From the human T2T-CHM13v2.0 reference genome, Homo sapiens, in assembly GCF_009914755.1 (NCBI RefSeq), contig NC_060941.1: DNA of 64,000 bases. One strand, written 5' to 3'. The notes beneath the pieces are model-generated. The model saw only the letters and a program-made list of their open reading frames with translations, was not told the DNA's origin and did no database searches. This document shows, one piece after another, positions 31,676-48,032 of the stretch (position 1 is the stretch's first letter; each line of letters opens with the position of its first letter). The translations under genes were made by a program, and so were the position numbers.

Positions 31676-32615
31676 TGGGGTTTCCTCTTGGGGTGAGGGA
31701 AATGTGTTACAAGTAGGTAGAGATGGTGGCTGGAAAACCTTGTGTAAGTACTAATTGCTGCTGAATTCTTCATTTTGAAATGGTTAGTTTTATGTTATGT
31801 GAATTTCAGCTCAGGAAAAAAAAATTCCAAAAGCAAAAAAGAAAATAAACGTAAGTCGGCGATTCAGTTTCCACCCACTCAACCCACAGATGTATTGTCA
31901 GGAAAGCATTGCCTCAAAAGCCAGAGGCTGCCGGCACACACTCAGGACCAGTCCAGAGGCACCAAGGGCCACTGTGGCGAGCCGGGGTGCCCAGAGGCTG
32001 GGGAACGGTGGAGGGCCGTGTCCCAGGAGTCGGCAGAGCAGAAAGGGAGGCTGAGGGCGATTTGGGCACCGCTGCTGCAGCCCCTGGTACTGATGGAGAA
32101 AGGATCTGGAAAGTGGGGCAGTGCGGGGGGCTCCTCTTACCGGGTTTCCCACTGCAGACTGAGCCCAGGAGACCTCAATCCCAGGGGAAAAGGACCAGAA
32201 TTCTCTTCTGAGGGAACAGAACACACAGATTCAGCAGCAGCAGGAGTGACAGGGCCCTGCCGGGAGTGAGAGGCCCAGCTCCTCCCGCCTGCGCTGCCCC
32301 GGCTGATGGCGCTGGATTCCTCGAGCCACACCTGTCAAAGCAGGGCTGAACCTAACGGCTGCCCAGGTCTAGTCCCTTCTCAAACATGCCACTTCCGTGT
32401 CCTGAAGCACAGGTCTGCGGCGGACCTCCCCAGGCCAGGATGCCCCGTTGTTGGAGTCACTGAGTTCTACTGATGTGGCTCTCCTGCTGCCGTGGCTGCA
32501 GACGGAGGGATGCCACAGCCCCCCCTGCAGTGACCAGGCACAGGAGAACATGGCCCCAGAGCCACCACGGGAGTGTGTCTTGTCTAAACTGACTCAGAAA
32601 CTCTGCTCCCTGAGC

Positions 32616-34291
32616 GGCTCAGTGACACAAACACCCTCCTCTCCCTGCATTTCACAGGCAGTGAGGCACGCGGCCTCTATCTACTACATCTGCCTGCTGG
32701 ATGTCTCTTGTGTTCCGTGGTCCGTGCCACCCCCAGGCTGCACCTGCCTAGTGCAGTTCCGAAGCTCCTCCTGGGTCTGCTTCTGGCCATCCTCTGACAA
32801 GCACAGACAGGTTTCAATGGAACGCAAACACCCACCTGCCCCCGACATCTGCAGAGGTGCGCCTGTGCCATGGTGACGTCCGAGGTATCAGAACGAGACC
32901 CCATAAAAATAAATATGTTACCCAGAGACAGCAACACTTACAAAAAAGGGTCAGTGTGCATCACTGATGACCATTTAACCCGAAGCAGATCCAGGTGGAA
33001 TAGGCCCCCATGCCCAGCTGTCAGGGCCGCTGCCAGACCAGGCAAGTACCCAAGAAAGAAGGGAGGGGCTCAAGAAAGGTGCAATGCGTGGGATTCTGCT
33101 GCAAAGAGGCGCCGGGAGGAGCTGCAGGGAGGCCCCCACAGGAAGGGAGAGCACGGGAGGTGGGTCTCGGCACCCGTCGGGGCATGGCCCCTTCTTCCCC
33201 TCACTGGGGTGCCACATGCCCGCCCGGGGTCTGCAGGAAGCGAGGGGTACTGTCCTCCGATTAGATGGTCAGCCTGGGCCTTGCCGTGTGGCTTTCCTAT
33301 GATGCCCATGAAGGCAGTCCCAGGACCACACTGCGGACCCTGAGGAGGTACCAAAAAGGGAGGGAAATGCCCCCCATGCCCACACATCGGGGCCACTGCC
33401 CTACACGGGTTCCACAATTCTCAGTACCTTTCTCCACCACAGGCCTTTGCTGGCCAAGCCTTGATGGAGAGGGGCTCCACGTCAGTGTGGAACCTGACGA
33501 TGCCCAGCCTCGCTGTCTGAAAGGAGGGGACACTCTCTCTGTACCTTTGTCTTGCTGGGTCAGTGAGGCAGGGAAGATGGCAGGCGGCCAAGAGCCAGCA
33601 CCACCCTGGCAGGGGGGACAGGCCCTGTCCTAGGACCCAGAGACAGCCACATCGACGCTTGCGCCTTCGTTTCCTTACTGGATGATCTCCAAGCCTCTGA
33701 CACCCTTGGGATTCTCTCAACGAGATATCTCTTCCCTCCCAGAGCTCACACACTTTGTACGCCTTCTTCCTCCCAGGGTCCCATTCTGGTAGTGAACAAG
33801 CATCGTTTGCGGTATCCCTGGACTCACACCTCCTGAGGACACCTGGATTTTTTTAAAGGCTACAACATAGGTGGACCTTAAAAACATTATGCTAAATGTC
33901 AATGCATTTGAGGACACGGCCACGCATAGGAGTGTCATCTTTGCACAAAAGCCCAAGGTCATGATCCACCCTTCATAGGCCTAACTCAAGTGCTGTCTTC
34001 CTAGTGTCAACCATGGATGTCACATACTTCCATGCTGTGCCCGATGGGCTCAGTGACATAAACATCCTCCTCTCCCTGCATTTCACAGGCGGTGAGGCAC
34101 GCGGCCTCTATCTGCTGCATCTGACTCCTGGATGCCTCTTGTGTTCTGTGGTCCGTGCCACCCCCAGGCTGCACCTGCCCCGTGCAGTTCCGAAGCTCCT
34201 CCTGGGTCTGCTTCTGGCCATCCTCTGACAAGCACAGACAGGTTTCAATGGAATGCAAATACCCACCTGCCCCCGACATCTGCAGAGGCGC
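32616..34291. repeat. Dispersed direct repeat: 245 bp at 32616-32860 and 34047-34291
   Basis: About 14 mismatches in 245 bp, offset 1431 bp. Confidence 0.96.
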
Positions 34292-35265
34292 ATCTAGGCC
34301 TGAGAGGCTGGGCCAGGCTGCTTCAGGCTCCACGCGTTATCCTGGGGGCTTCCAAATGTTTCCACTGTGCCTCGCCTTTTGGTATGAGATTTACATGGCT
34401 GATAAGCCCAGGGATTACCCAGCGGCATTAGGGGCTGGGGACTTGAGGAGACAGGTTGCAGGTGATTCCAGCTGAAGCCACCCCAGCCTGGCCCAAATTT
34501 TGATCCAGGACACACCAGAATGGCACATCTCAGACGAGTTCTGCCACCCAACAACCAAACTCCCAGGCTCAGGCTGGGCACTGTCCTCTCTTGGTAAATC
34601 CCCATCCCTGTCACATACAGGGATGAGTCTCCATCTCTGAACTCCACTCCGTATCCAACACTTACCTCCGTCTTTGTCCAGGAAATGCTGGGAAATTCCT
34701 GCTCCTTCAAAAGGTACAGAAAAAACCTGATTTCCAAGTAGGTGTTTGTCTCATGGAAGTCAATAGCATGTCCTGCACTGGGGATGGCTCTGAAAAAAAA
34801 AAAAAAAAAAAAAAAGCAAGTTTCCATGTGCCTGTAACCCAAGGCATGGGCATCCTGGAATCTCTCATGGTGTCATAAACACAATATCCAAGTATGCACC
34901 CAAGAGAAATGAAAACATATGTCCACGCAGAGTTCTACACTGCAACGTTCAGCGTTATTCACAGTAGCCAAAAGGTGGGAACCACCCAAATGCCCATCAA
35001 CAGATGCACAGATAAACAAAATGTGGCCATTACTCAGCCTTTAAACGAGTGAAGTTCTTATACATGTTACAATTTGCATAAACCTGAAAAACATTATTTG
35101 CATAAGCCTTGAAAACATTATGTAAGTGAAAGAAGTCAGACACAAAAAGCCACATAGTACGTGATTCCTTTTAGAGGCTGTACCCAGAATAGGCAAATCT
35201 GTAGAGCCGGAAAGCGGATTAGCCGTTAGCAGGGGATAGGAGAGGGGAGGAAGCGGGAGTGGTTA

Positions 35266-35700
<435 letters not shown>

Positions 35701-35724
35701 TTAATGGGAACAGGGTGTTTTTAT

Positions 35725-36022
35725 GTTTTTATTATTTTTTGAGATGGAGTCTCGCTCTGTCACCCAGGCTAGAGTAGAGCGGCTCGATCTCAGCTCACTG
35801 TAACCTCTGCCTCCCGGGTTCCAGCAATTCTCCTGCCTCAGCCTTCTGAGTAGCTGGGATTACAGTTGCATGCCACCACGCCCGCCTAGTTTTTGTATTT
35901 GTAGTAGAGACGGGGTTTCACCATGTTGGCCAGGCTGGTCTTGAACTCCTGATTTCAAGTGATCTGCCCACCTTGGCCTCCCAAAGTGCTGGGATTACAG
36001 GCATGAGCCACCACGCCCAGCT
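35725..36022 (-). mobile_element. Alu (AluS)
   Basis: TSD GGAACAG(G/A)GTGTTTTTATG. Confidence 0.96.
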
Positions 36023-36725
36023 GGAACAGAGTGTTTTTATGAGGTGATGAAAAAGTTTTGAAACTAGAAAAGAGCTGGTGGCTGTACGACATTGTGAATA
36101 CACCAAATGACATGGAATCGTGTACTTAACAATGGTTCATTTATGTGAATTTCCTCTCAGTTAAGAAAACCGACGCTACCCGAGGATCTTCTCCCACCTT
36201 CCACTGCCCGCCAGCCAAGACTTCAAGTTCACTGTCCTCCTTCCAAAACCCTACAGGGCTCCTGCACTCTGCCATGCACTGAGCTGAGCTTAGGACGGGG
36301 ACGGGTACCCGATGGGGTATCTTGGAGGAAAACATCATCATCGGGTCTGCAAACAGAGGCAGGTAGGTGTGCATTGTGCCGGATGCTGCGGAGGACATGA
36401 ACAGTGGCCATGCAGAGAAGCAGGGGGCTCCTTCGCTGGAGTTGGGGGCTGGACTTTCCAGGAGCCCCCTGGGGGAACAGCAGCCAGGGGCCTGGGCAGA
36501 GGGAAATGCAGGCATGAGCTCTGAGGTTTCAGGACAGAAAAGCCCAAGGCAGGGCTGCTCCCTGCATGAGTCAACCATCCCTGCAGTAGGCTATGCCCCC
36601 AAAAAATCATGTCCGTACACTTAAAATGTTAAGATGGCAGATTTTATGCTACATATATTTTACCACAATTTTAAGAAATTCATGATATACTCAAACCCAT
36701 TGAATTGTACACTTTAAATGGGTGA

Positions 36726-37064
<339 letters not shown>

Positions 37065-37087
37065 TAAAGCCATTTTTTTTTTAAAAG

Positions 37088-37557
37088 CTATGTCTAAGCC
37101 CTAACCCCAGCCCCTGTGAATGTGAATCCTTGGAAAAACGATTCACCAAGTCCTAACTCCTAGTACCTGTGAATCCTTGGAAAAAGGACCTTTGCCGATG
37201 TAATTAAGTTAAGGATTTTGAGATGAGATTATATGAGATTAGGGCATGCCCCATATCCAGTGACTGGTGTCCTTATCAGAGAAAGGCAGAGGGAGACTTG
37301 AGACACAGGCCCAGAGGAGAAGTTCATGTGAGATGGAGCAGAGACTGGAGTGACGCCGCCACATACCAAGGAACACCTGGGGCCACCGGAAGCTGGAAGA
37401 GGCAGGTAGGACCCTCGCTGGGAGCCTTCGGAGAGAGAGTAGCCCTACTGACACCTGGATCCTGGGCTTCTGACCTCCAGGACGCGAGAGAATCAGCTGC
37501 TGTTGCTTTCAGCTGCCCAATGCATGAACATTTGTTCCAGGAGCCCCAGGAAGCCGA
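37088..37557 (+). mobile_element. MLT1-type MaLR LTR
   Basis: CTTTGCCGATGTAATTAAGTTAAGG...CCAGTGACTGGTGTCCTTAT...GAAGCTGGAAGAGGCA. Confidence 0.8.
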
Positions 37558-37841
37558 CCCCATCAGAACGCCAAGGACCGGGGTGGAGAGTCCCACCGTG
37601 TCTGAGCAGAGAGTCTGAGTGCTCATAGAATGGGAAGACGCTGCCCTGTATCAAGCCAGGGACCTGATGGGGGCTGGAGAGCGGGCTTGGACATGTGCCT
37701 GCTGCCATCGGAGCCGTCTGGGGCCACCACCCAGAGGACAATGTTAAGGATGAAAATTCAGGGCCTCCAATTACACAGAAATCAACATAGCCATGAAATG
37801 ATAAGGACACCGCAGCTTCCTCTTTTAAGAAGACACAAGGC

Positions 37842-38139
<298 letters not shown>

Positions 38140-38251
38140 GACGACACAAGGCAGTTCCAGGGGCAGAGATTTGGAATATTTTGAATAAAGGGGGAAAAGG
38201 TAAGAAGATACTACACAATGAGGGCTTTAGAAGAATAGTAAGAATTTTTGA

Positions 38252-38516
38252 GGCTGCGTGCAATGGCTCACACCTGTAATCCCAGCACTTTGGGAGGTCG
38301 AGGTGGTGGATTATTCGAGCTTGGGCAACATAGCAAGACCTCATCTCTACTAAAGGTTTTTTAAAAAATTAGCCGGGTATGGTAGCACATACCTGTAGTC
38401 CCAGCTACTGAGGAGGCTGAGGTGGGAGGATCACCTAAGCCTGTGAGTTCGAGGCTGCAGTGAGCCAAGATCATGCCACTGAACTCCAGCCTGGGCAACA
38501 GAACGAGAGCCTGTCT

Positions 38517-38548
<32 letters not shown>
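38252..38548 (+). mobile_element. AluJ
   Basis: TSD AGTAAGAATTTTT. Confidence 0.93.
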
Positions 38549-38552
<4 letters not shown>

Positions 38553-40756
38553 GAATTTTTGGAATTCAAATGTGAATTTTTAATCTTTTTAATTTTACGA
38601 ATCATAGAGAAAAGAATCTGAATGAAGATCTGGAAATACAATTTCCAGTCTCTGGCTTTGCTTGGCCTGATCATTTCCAAACAAACCTTAAGACTTGCTG
38701 TTTTGCCCAAATTCTTCCCTAGTCTAATCGTCAGGCAGATGTGACCGTGGGGAACTGGCTGTCCCCGCATCAGCAGCAGGCAGCGGCATTACCTGAGGTA
38801 TTTCCTTCCTGGCAGTTGATCATAGAAGTTCATGGTTCCATCTGTGCTAAAGAATTCATCCCCAGATCCGAAAACCAAGAGCTCTGGTTTGGTCTGATAA
38901 TGTGTCATATGGTCTTCAGAAGAAAGCAGAACAATCGGTCATTCCAAAGGTCATTTGGAAGAACCAAGGTCATTCAGCTTCTAGTTGTGAGTGGAGGCTG
39001 CAGAGGGACCCTAGGAGGCGTGGGACCCTAGAGGAACCCCAGGGATGAGTGGGTGTGGAAGGGGCGCCCTGGTCAGTCAATAGTCAACACAAGAGCACTA
39101 TTCTAGTCACAAGTGGGCCCAGGAGGCGTTGAGACTGGTGGCCGGGGGCGCCTGCTCTCCTGCCCACCAACCAGGTGACCTGTTCAAGCCACTGAACCTG
39201 CCTGGGCCTTAGTCCCACAGCGCTGGGGTGGAGGCAACAGGCGTCGCTGACTCTGGGTTATTGGGGTGGCGGGGTTAGATCAACTGCCAACCTGGCGAAC
39301 GCCCTGGGACCACGCATGGCTGGTAAGGAACTCTAGAGGGGATTTTTCATCCTTATTATTATGACCGGCGCCCCTCCATGCTGAGTGATGTGCTGAGACT
39401 GTGCACGCCACCCTCTGCCCCCTTCATTTCAAAAATGCAGAACGGAGGCTGCAGGGGGCCACCTGCCCAGTGTGCACAGCTCATGAATGACCGGATGAGG
39501 TGACACCACCATCTGTCACCCCAGGGCCAGGCCTCTGTCCTCCCCAGAAACTTGTCCTCGCCCACTCCACCTGCAAGTCCTCTAGGGGCTGAGCACTACA
39601 CAGGAACACGTGCAGATTCCAGCACCCAGAGGTCCTTCACACCTAGCCACAGGGCCTCTGGCAGCCTCGGCCATCCTCTCTGCGTGCCTGAGGCGGCTGC
39701 GCTGAGCAGTGGGGGACCCAGGAAAGGTCACGGCTCCCCCAGCACATCTGACACACCTCCCGCCGGGCCAGCTGCTGGCTTCAGCAAGCAGACGTCCCCT
39801 TCCTATGGAAAAGCCCATGAAAGCTGATTTGAAATATCTGAGCAGCTGTTTGAAGGACGTGGATCAGCCCTGTTCAGCGGCCTGAGCGGAGAGCGGGGCC
39901 AGAGGTACAAGCCTGGGACGGCCCGCAGGCTCTGGGAGACACAAGTCTTCTCAGACTTAGGCCTCATGGGACCCCAGGGGCCTGGTCAGCTGGGTTCCCC
40001 AAGGGCTCACCCACAGAGAGCCTCCGTTCTCAGTGTCGCTGTGGATGACCAACACTAAAACCCCCAAGCCCAGACCGCACCTCGTTCCCGCTCACCTCGG
40101 AATCCCTGGAGAAATCAGACATCAGCCCTTTAAAAGTTCCCCAGTGACTTTAACGTGCAACCCAGGTGGGGCGTCACTAGGCCAGGTGTCACCCATGTGT
40201 GCCCCCAACTGGAGGCCCTCAGTGGGCTTGTTCGAGGGCCTCCAGGCTGGATGTTCGCCCCAGATGGCCCAGATGGCCTATTTTGTGCATTGTCTGGCTG
40301 TGTGGAAACAGAACAGCACCATAGTGACATCTAGCCCGGATGTGGGCATGGCCCACCGACCACTGACCGCCTACGTCGTTCTTCCACCCCGAGCGCCCGC
40401 ATATCCCGTTCCGTTCACCTCCCACTGGGGTCAACACTCCCTTCACAGCCTCCATCTTCCCCGGGGCAGTCCCATTGCTTTGGAGACTTCAAAAAATTGT
40501 ACTCACAAAAGGGGTCGACATGTTCTATCTTCTCCTGGAAGCGGGGTGTGTCCTTGTTCCCAGTGACATTCAGCGTGTGCAGGGCCCGTACGCATGCACT
40601 CTGGCCTCCAAAGCACCTGTCGTTGTGGAGATTCCACAGCAGGCAGGGTGGAGATGGTGAGCCGCAGACATCACACCTGCCCCAGGTCAGGCCGAGGCTG
40701 CTCATCAGGAGCCCCGAGACCTCGAATGCAACGTCTTCAGATCCCAATTCCCTCCC

Positions 40757-41192
40757 TGCATGGAGCAGAACAGTGTCTCTCAAAAACTCACGCCCACGAG
40801 AAGTCTCAGAATGTGGCTTTTAGTAGAAATAGGGTCTCTGCAGATGTCTTTCATTAAGCTGAGGCCATATTGAGTGAGGGTGGATCCCAATCCAGTAACT
40901 GGGGTCTGTATAAGGAGAGAGAACAGAGGCACATGAACGGAAGGTCAAGCGACAACGGGTGCAGGGATGGCAGCCAGGCAGCCACAAGCCAAAGGACGCC
41001 CAGGATGGCCAGCAGCCCTGGAAGCCGGGAAAGACAAGGGAGGCTCTTCCCCTACAGCCTGCAGAGGGAGCAGGTCATTATCTGTTAATATCTTGATGTT
41101 GCAGTTTGGCCTCCAGAACTGTGAGAAATGTGATGTTGTTTGATGCCACCCAGTTTGTGTTCCTCTATTACAGCAGCCCCGGAGACTAGTAA
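40757..41192 (+). mobile_element. MLT1C-like MaLR LTR
   Basis: AAATAGGGTCTCTGCAGATG...GGCCTCCAGAACTGTGAGA...GCCACCCAGTTTGTG...TTACAGCAGCC. Confidence 0.8.
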
Positions 41193-41626
41193 GTGGGTCC
41201 CTGGCAGAGGAAGGGGACAGAGCGTCGAATTCTCCTCCCCGCAGGGAGCCACCTGGGCTCCGAGAAACCCTTGCACCGGCCAGAGGCCATGACACTAATG
41301 CTGGAATGTTCTCTGTGAGCGATGAAGCTTTCAACCAGACTCCGCTAGAGAAAAATACCCGACAGAACTGTTTACCCGATTAAATGAAATTAAATTCAGT
41401 TTTCTTGTTGCCAAGCAGAAATGAGGCCCTGTCATAGGAATGTCTGAGCAGTTATAAAAATAGGAGTTCATGTTTGCACATAGCTGGTTGAAAACAGAAA
41501 ATTCACACCTGCTCTAAGAGATAAACAATGCACAGCTGAGCGTTGAACTCACACAAACGAGCCACCATGCACTGCAGAACAGAAACAGAAGAAGACTTAA
41601 GAAAAAAGCCAAGATAAATGATCACA

Positions 41627-41987
<361 letters not shown>

Positions 41988-42109
41988 TCAGTCTACAATT
42001 GAATATAAAGCAAAGAACTGGCTGTTTGAAAAGTTCATCAAAACGTGCAAATGTCTGGCAAGATAAATAAAGAAAAACCACAAACATAAACCACGCCAGC
42101 CTGGGCAAA

Positions 42110-42816
42110 AGAGTGAGAAGAGAAGAGGGGAGAAGAGGGGAGAAGAGGGGAGGGGAGAAGAGGAGAGAAGAGGGGAGGGGAGGGGAGAAGAGGAGAGAAG
42201 AGGGGAGGGGAGGGGAGAAGAGGGGAAGGGAGAAGAGAGGGGAGGGGAGGGGAGAAGAGGGGAAGGGAGAAGAGGGGAGAGGAGAAGAGGGGACTGGAGG
42301 GGAGGGGAGAAGAGGGGATGGGAGGGGAGGGGAGAAGAGGGGAAGGGAGAGGAGAAGAGGGGAGGGGATGGGAGAGGAGAAGAAGGGAGGGGAGAGGAGA
42401 AGAGGGGAGGGGAGGGGAGAAGAGGGGAGGGGAGGGGAGAAGAGGGGAGGGGAGGGGAAAAGAGGGGAGGGGAGGGGAGAAGAAGGGAGAAGAGAGAAGA
42501 GGGGAGGAGAGAAGAGGGGAAGGGAGAAGAGGGGAGGGGAGAAGAGAGGAGGGGAGGGGAGAAGAGGGGAGGGGAGAAGAGGGGAGGGGAGAGGAGAAGA
42601 GGGGAGGGGAGAGGAGAAGAGGGGAGGGGAGGGGAGAAGAGGGGAGGGGAGGGGAGAAGAGGGGAGGGGAGGGGAGAAGAGGGGAGGGGAGGGGAGAAGA
42701 GGGAAGGGGAGGGGAGAACGGGAGGGGAGGGGAGGGGAGAAGAGGGGAGAAGAGGGGAGGGGAGGAAAGAAAGAGAGAGAAAAGGAGTGAGGGAGGGAGG
42801 GAAGGAAGGAAGGAAA
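42110..42816 (+). repeat. Polypurine (GGGGA/GAAGA/GAGGA)n tract
   Basis: About 700 bp almost devoid of pyrimidines; recurring GAAGAGGGGAGGGGAGGGGA. Confidence 0.98.
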
Positions 42817-42943
42817 CCAAAGGCCAGAGGAGAGCCTGGAGGGGGTCCTGCTCACAGCCTCAGAAGGGATCAACCCTGCAGACACCTGGATATCAGACTT
42901 TGGCCTCCAGAACTGTAAGATGGTACCTTTCTGTTGTTAAAGC

Positions 42944-43783
42944 CAGGGGTCCTCAACCCCTGGGGCCACAGACAGTGCCCTGTCTGGGCCACACAACAGG
43001 AAGTGAGCAAACGAAGCTTCATCTGTATTTGCAGCCACTCCTCATCACTCATGTTACCGCAGAACTCCGCCTCCTGTCAGATCAGTGGTGGCATTTGATT
43101 CTCAGAGGAGCACGAACGGTATTGTAAACTGCGCATGCGAGGGATCTAGGTTGTGGGCTTTTTTTTTTTTTTTTTTTTTTTCTTTTTGAGACACAGTCTC
43201 GCTCTGTCGCCCAGGCTGGAGTGCAGTGGCGCAATCTCGGCTCACTGCAAGCCCCGCCTCCCGGGTTCACGCCATTCTCCTGCCTCAGCCTCCTGAGTAG
43301 CTGGGACTACAGGTGCCCACCACCATGCCTGGCTAATTTTTTTGTATTTTTAGTAGAGACAGGGTTTCACCGTGTTAGCCAGGATGGTCTCGATCTCCTG
43401 ACCTCGTGATCTGCCCTCCTGGGCCTCCGAAAGTGCTGGGATTACAGGCGTGAGCCTCCGAGCCCAGCCCCTGAGCCACCGCGCCCAGCGGTTGTGGACT
43501 TCTTATGAGAATCTAATGCCTGATGACCTGTCACCATCTCCATCACCCCCAGATGGGTCTGTCTAGTTGCAGGAAAACAAGCTCAGGGCTCCCACTGATT
43601 CTTCATGATAGCGCAGTTGTATAAGGATTTCATTATATATTACAATGTAATGATAATAAAGTACACAATCAATGTAATGTGCTTGAATCATCCTGAAACC
43701 ATCCCCCACCCCTGCCCCCATCCATGGAAAAAATTTTCTTCCACAAAACTCATCCCTGGTGCCAAAAAGGTTGGGGACTGCTG
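42944..43783 (+). mobile_element. MER1A hAT-Charlie DNA transposon with nested Alu
   Basis: CAGGGGTCCTCAACCCC...GGTGCCAAAAAGGTTGGGGACTGCTG; 8-bp near-TSD GTTAAAGC/GTTTGAGC; inserted in an MLT1 remnant. Confidence 0.88.
43159..43489 (-). mobile_element. AluY-like
   Basis: TSD GGTTGTGG(G/A)CTT; small 5' duplication GAGCC..CG.GCCCAGC. Confidence 0.95.
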
Positions 43784-43820
43784 GTTTGAGCCAAAAACAA
43801 AAATCAAAAAAACAAAAACA

Positions 43821-44119
43821 GGCTGGGCACGGTGGGCGGCTCACACCTGTAATGCCAGCACTTGGGGAGGCCAAGGCGGGCAGGTCACTTGAGCCCAGGA
43901 GTTTGAGACCACCCTGGGCAACATGGCAAAGCCCCGTCTCTACTAAAAATACAAAAATTAGCAGGGCGTGGTGGCAGGCACCTGTAATCTCAGCTACTTG
44001 GGAGGCTGAGGCACGAGAATCACTTGAACCCAGGAAACGGAGGTTGCAGTGAGCTGAGATCACGCCACTGCACTCCAGCCTGAGCGACAGAGAGAGACTG
44101 TCTCAAAAACAAAAACAAA
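43821..44119 (+). mobile_element. Alu
   Basis: Full Alu. Confidence 0.95.
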
Positions 44120-44251
44120 CTTCTCCCCCTCTCCCTTCCCCCCAGAGGTCGCCAGGCCAACACCATTTTACCGATTCTGACAAACCTTCCATGAATATAT
44201 AATTTCCATGTTATTTAAATTACTACAGAACCCCTGAAGAGATTATTTTAT

Positions 44252-44360
44252 CTTTTTTTTTATAGAGATGGGGTCTCACTATATTGCCCAGGCCAGTCTC
44301 AAACTCCTGGCCTCTGGCAATTCTCCCGCCTCGGCCTCCCAAAGTGCTGGGATTACAGGC
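44252..44360 (-). mobile_element. FLAM
   Basis: TSD AAGAG(A/G)TTATTTTTAT. Confidence 0.88.
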
Positions 44361-44554
44361 AAGAGGTTATTTTTATAAAGTGAAGGTTTTCCTAGGTTAT
44401 TTTATAAAAGTGAAGGCTTTGCTAGCAAAGACTGACCAAAGTAGTCAAGGAAAATGAGAGATCAATGTCTCACGGGAAATGAGAGATTCAAGAACCCAAA
44501 TCAACCATCAGCAAGTGGGCAGTAACTGTCCCTATTAAAAATGATCCTTAGGAG

Positions 44555-45072
<518 letters not shown>

Positions 45073-45852
45073 CTAAAAGTGAGAGACCATTTGAACATTT
45101 CAGTAACATTTCAATAGCTACTGAAAGGCACTTGATAACATTTAGAAAATGTTCTCACTAAAAAAAGAAATCCTTAGCAAACCAGAAAAACAATGAAACC
45201 TGCTTAATGTTATAAAATGTATGTACATATTGAAACCAAAAGCCAAAGGCACTATCATCTTGAGGGATGAAATTCCAGAGGCCTTCCTGGAAGAGGCACT
45301 GCCGTCTTGAAGTCCTGTATCCTATGCCCAAGGCCAGGGCCAGAGGGTGTAAATGCTGAAGAAGAAGGGATAAACATGTTCCTGTTGGCCAATGACATGA
45401 TTAACGAGGAAATCTAGCCTACGTAACTAAAAAATTACCAAACGGATGAGTATTTACACATATGTATCAGTAGTAACCATTTAGAAAACACAAACTTTTA
45501 AACTTTCCATTTCAAATAGCTACTAAAAGTAAAAAGAATTTTCAAATAAACTCAACAAATAACAATGCTTGGAGTAGAAAACTGCAGTAATTCCCTGGAG
45601 GACAAGGTACCTGAACAAAAGGAGAGATATTTTGTGTTCCTGGGTAGGAAAAATGTAATCATACAAAACATGCCAATTCTTCCATATACAATACAGACCC
45701 AATCAGAATTACGTTGCGTTGTTTTCTGTTTATTTGTTTTAACTTAAGTTGAATTTCAAAGTACACTTGGAAGAATGCTTGAAAGAAAATTAGCCAAACA
45801 TTTTTAAAAAGAAGAATGTTCAGGAAACCTTTCTCTATCAGATATAAAAACA

Positions 45853-46010
45853 GGCCGGGCACAGTAGCTCATGCCTATAGTCCCAGCTACTTGGGAGGCT
45901 GAGGTAGAAGCATTGCATGAACTCAAGAGTTCAAGGTTGCAATGAGCTATGATTGTGCCGCTGCACTCCAGCCTGGGAGACAGAACAAGACGCTGCCTCA
46001 AAGAAGAAAA
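45853..46010 (+). mobile_element. FRAM/AluJ monomer within old L1 remnants
   Basis: Right-monomer motifs. Confidence 0.85.
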
Positions 46011-46109
46011 TGTACAGTAAGCTCTTGTTATTAAAACTATATGGCAGTGACCAAAGCATAGACAAATGATCAGTGGAAGAAAACTGAAGTTCAGAAAAAG
46101 ACCCAGGTA

Positions 46110-46893
<784 letters not shown>

Positions 46894-46899
46894 TGAAGA

Positions 46900-47215
46900 C
46901 ATTATGCCAATCAAAACCAGCCAAACATGAAAGACCAAATATTGCCGGATTCCATTTATATGAGGTATAAATTGACCACCTAGAGGAGTCAAATTCGTAG
47001 AGACAGAAAGTAGATTAGCGATTACCAGAGGCCGGGGCAGGGCGGATGGGGAGTGAGTGTTTCGTGGGTGTGGAGTTTCAGTTTGGGATAGAAGAAGTTC
47101 TGCAGGTGGATGGTGGCGGCAGCTGCACAACAACGTGAATGGACTGAATGCCCAGGATAGTGCACTTAAAATGGTAAAAGTGGCCAATTTTATGTTATGT
47201 ATATTTTAACAGAAT
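46900..47215 (+). mobile_element. L1MB 3'UTR
   Basis: GTCAAATTCGTAGAGACAGAAAGTAGATTAG...CACTTAAAATGGTAAAA...TTTTATGTTATGTATATTTT. Confidence 0.85.
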
Positions 47216-47721
47216 TGTTTAAACCTGGCTGCTGATTTATATTGAGATAAATTCTACTTATTTATATTAAAAACTGTCATATTTATTTTTTTGACTAAGT
47301 TTTCAGAATAAATTACATAAAATAAGTGAAATCACTGGATTCAATTACTGGCCCGGGAGACAATGGCGGGCCACACTACCCAAGGACGCCTTGAGGTTCG
47401 AGATTTGCCCTAATAAATTTCCTGTTTGGTGAAAAAGCTAAACAGGTGAGTAGGCACAGGGTGAAGAAATGCAAGTGAAGATGAGAGGGGAGGAAATATG
47501 CCAAAGTGAAGAAATATACTAAACAGTGCTTTTGGATGATAATCTAGGAACAATCTAGGAACTCCAGCTCTCATCTTGATGTAGTTTAACCAATAACTTG
47601 GTTTTGGAGCCAAGGTAATGACTCAATCATCCACGGCAGCCAGGAGCCAAGCTGTCAACCCTCATTGCAAAAAAAGCACAGAAAACCAAATATCAAGCGT
47701 GGCCTCAAAAAGAATGAGGGG

Positions 47722-48032
<311 letters not shown>

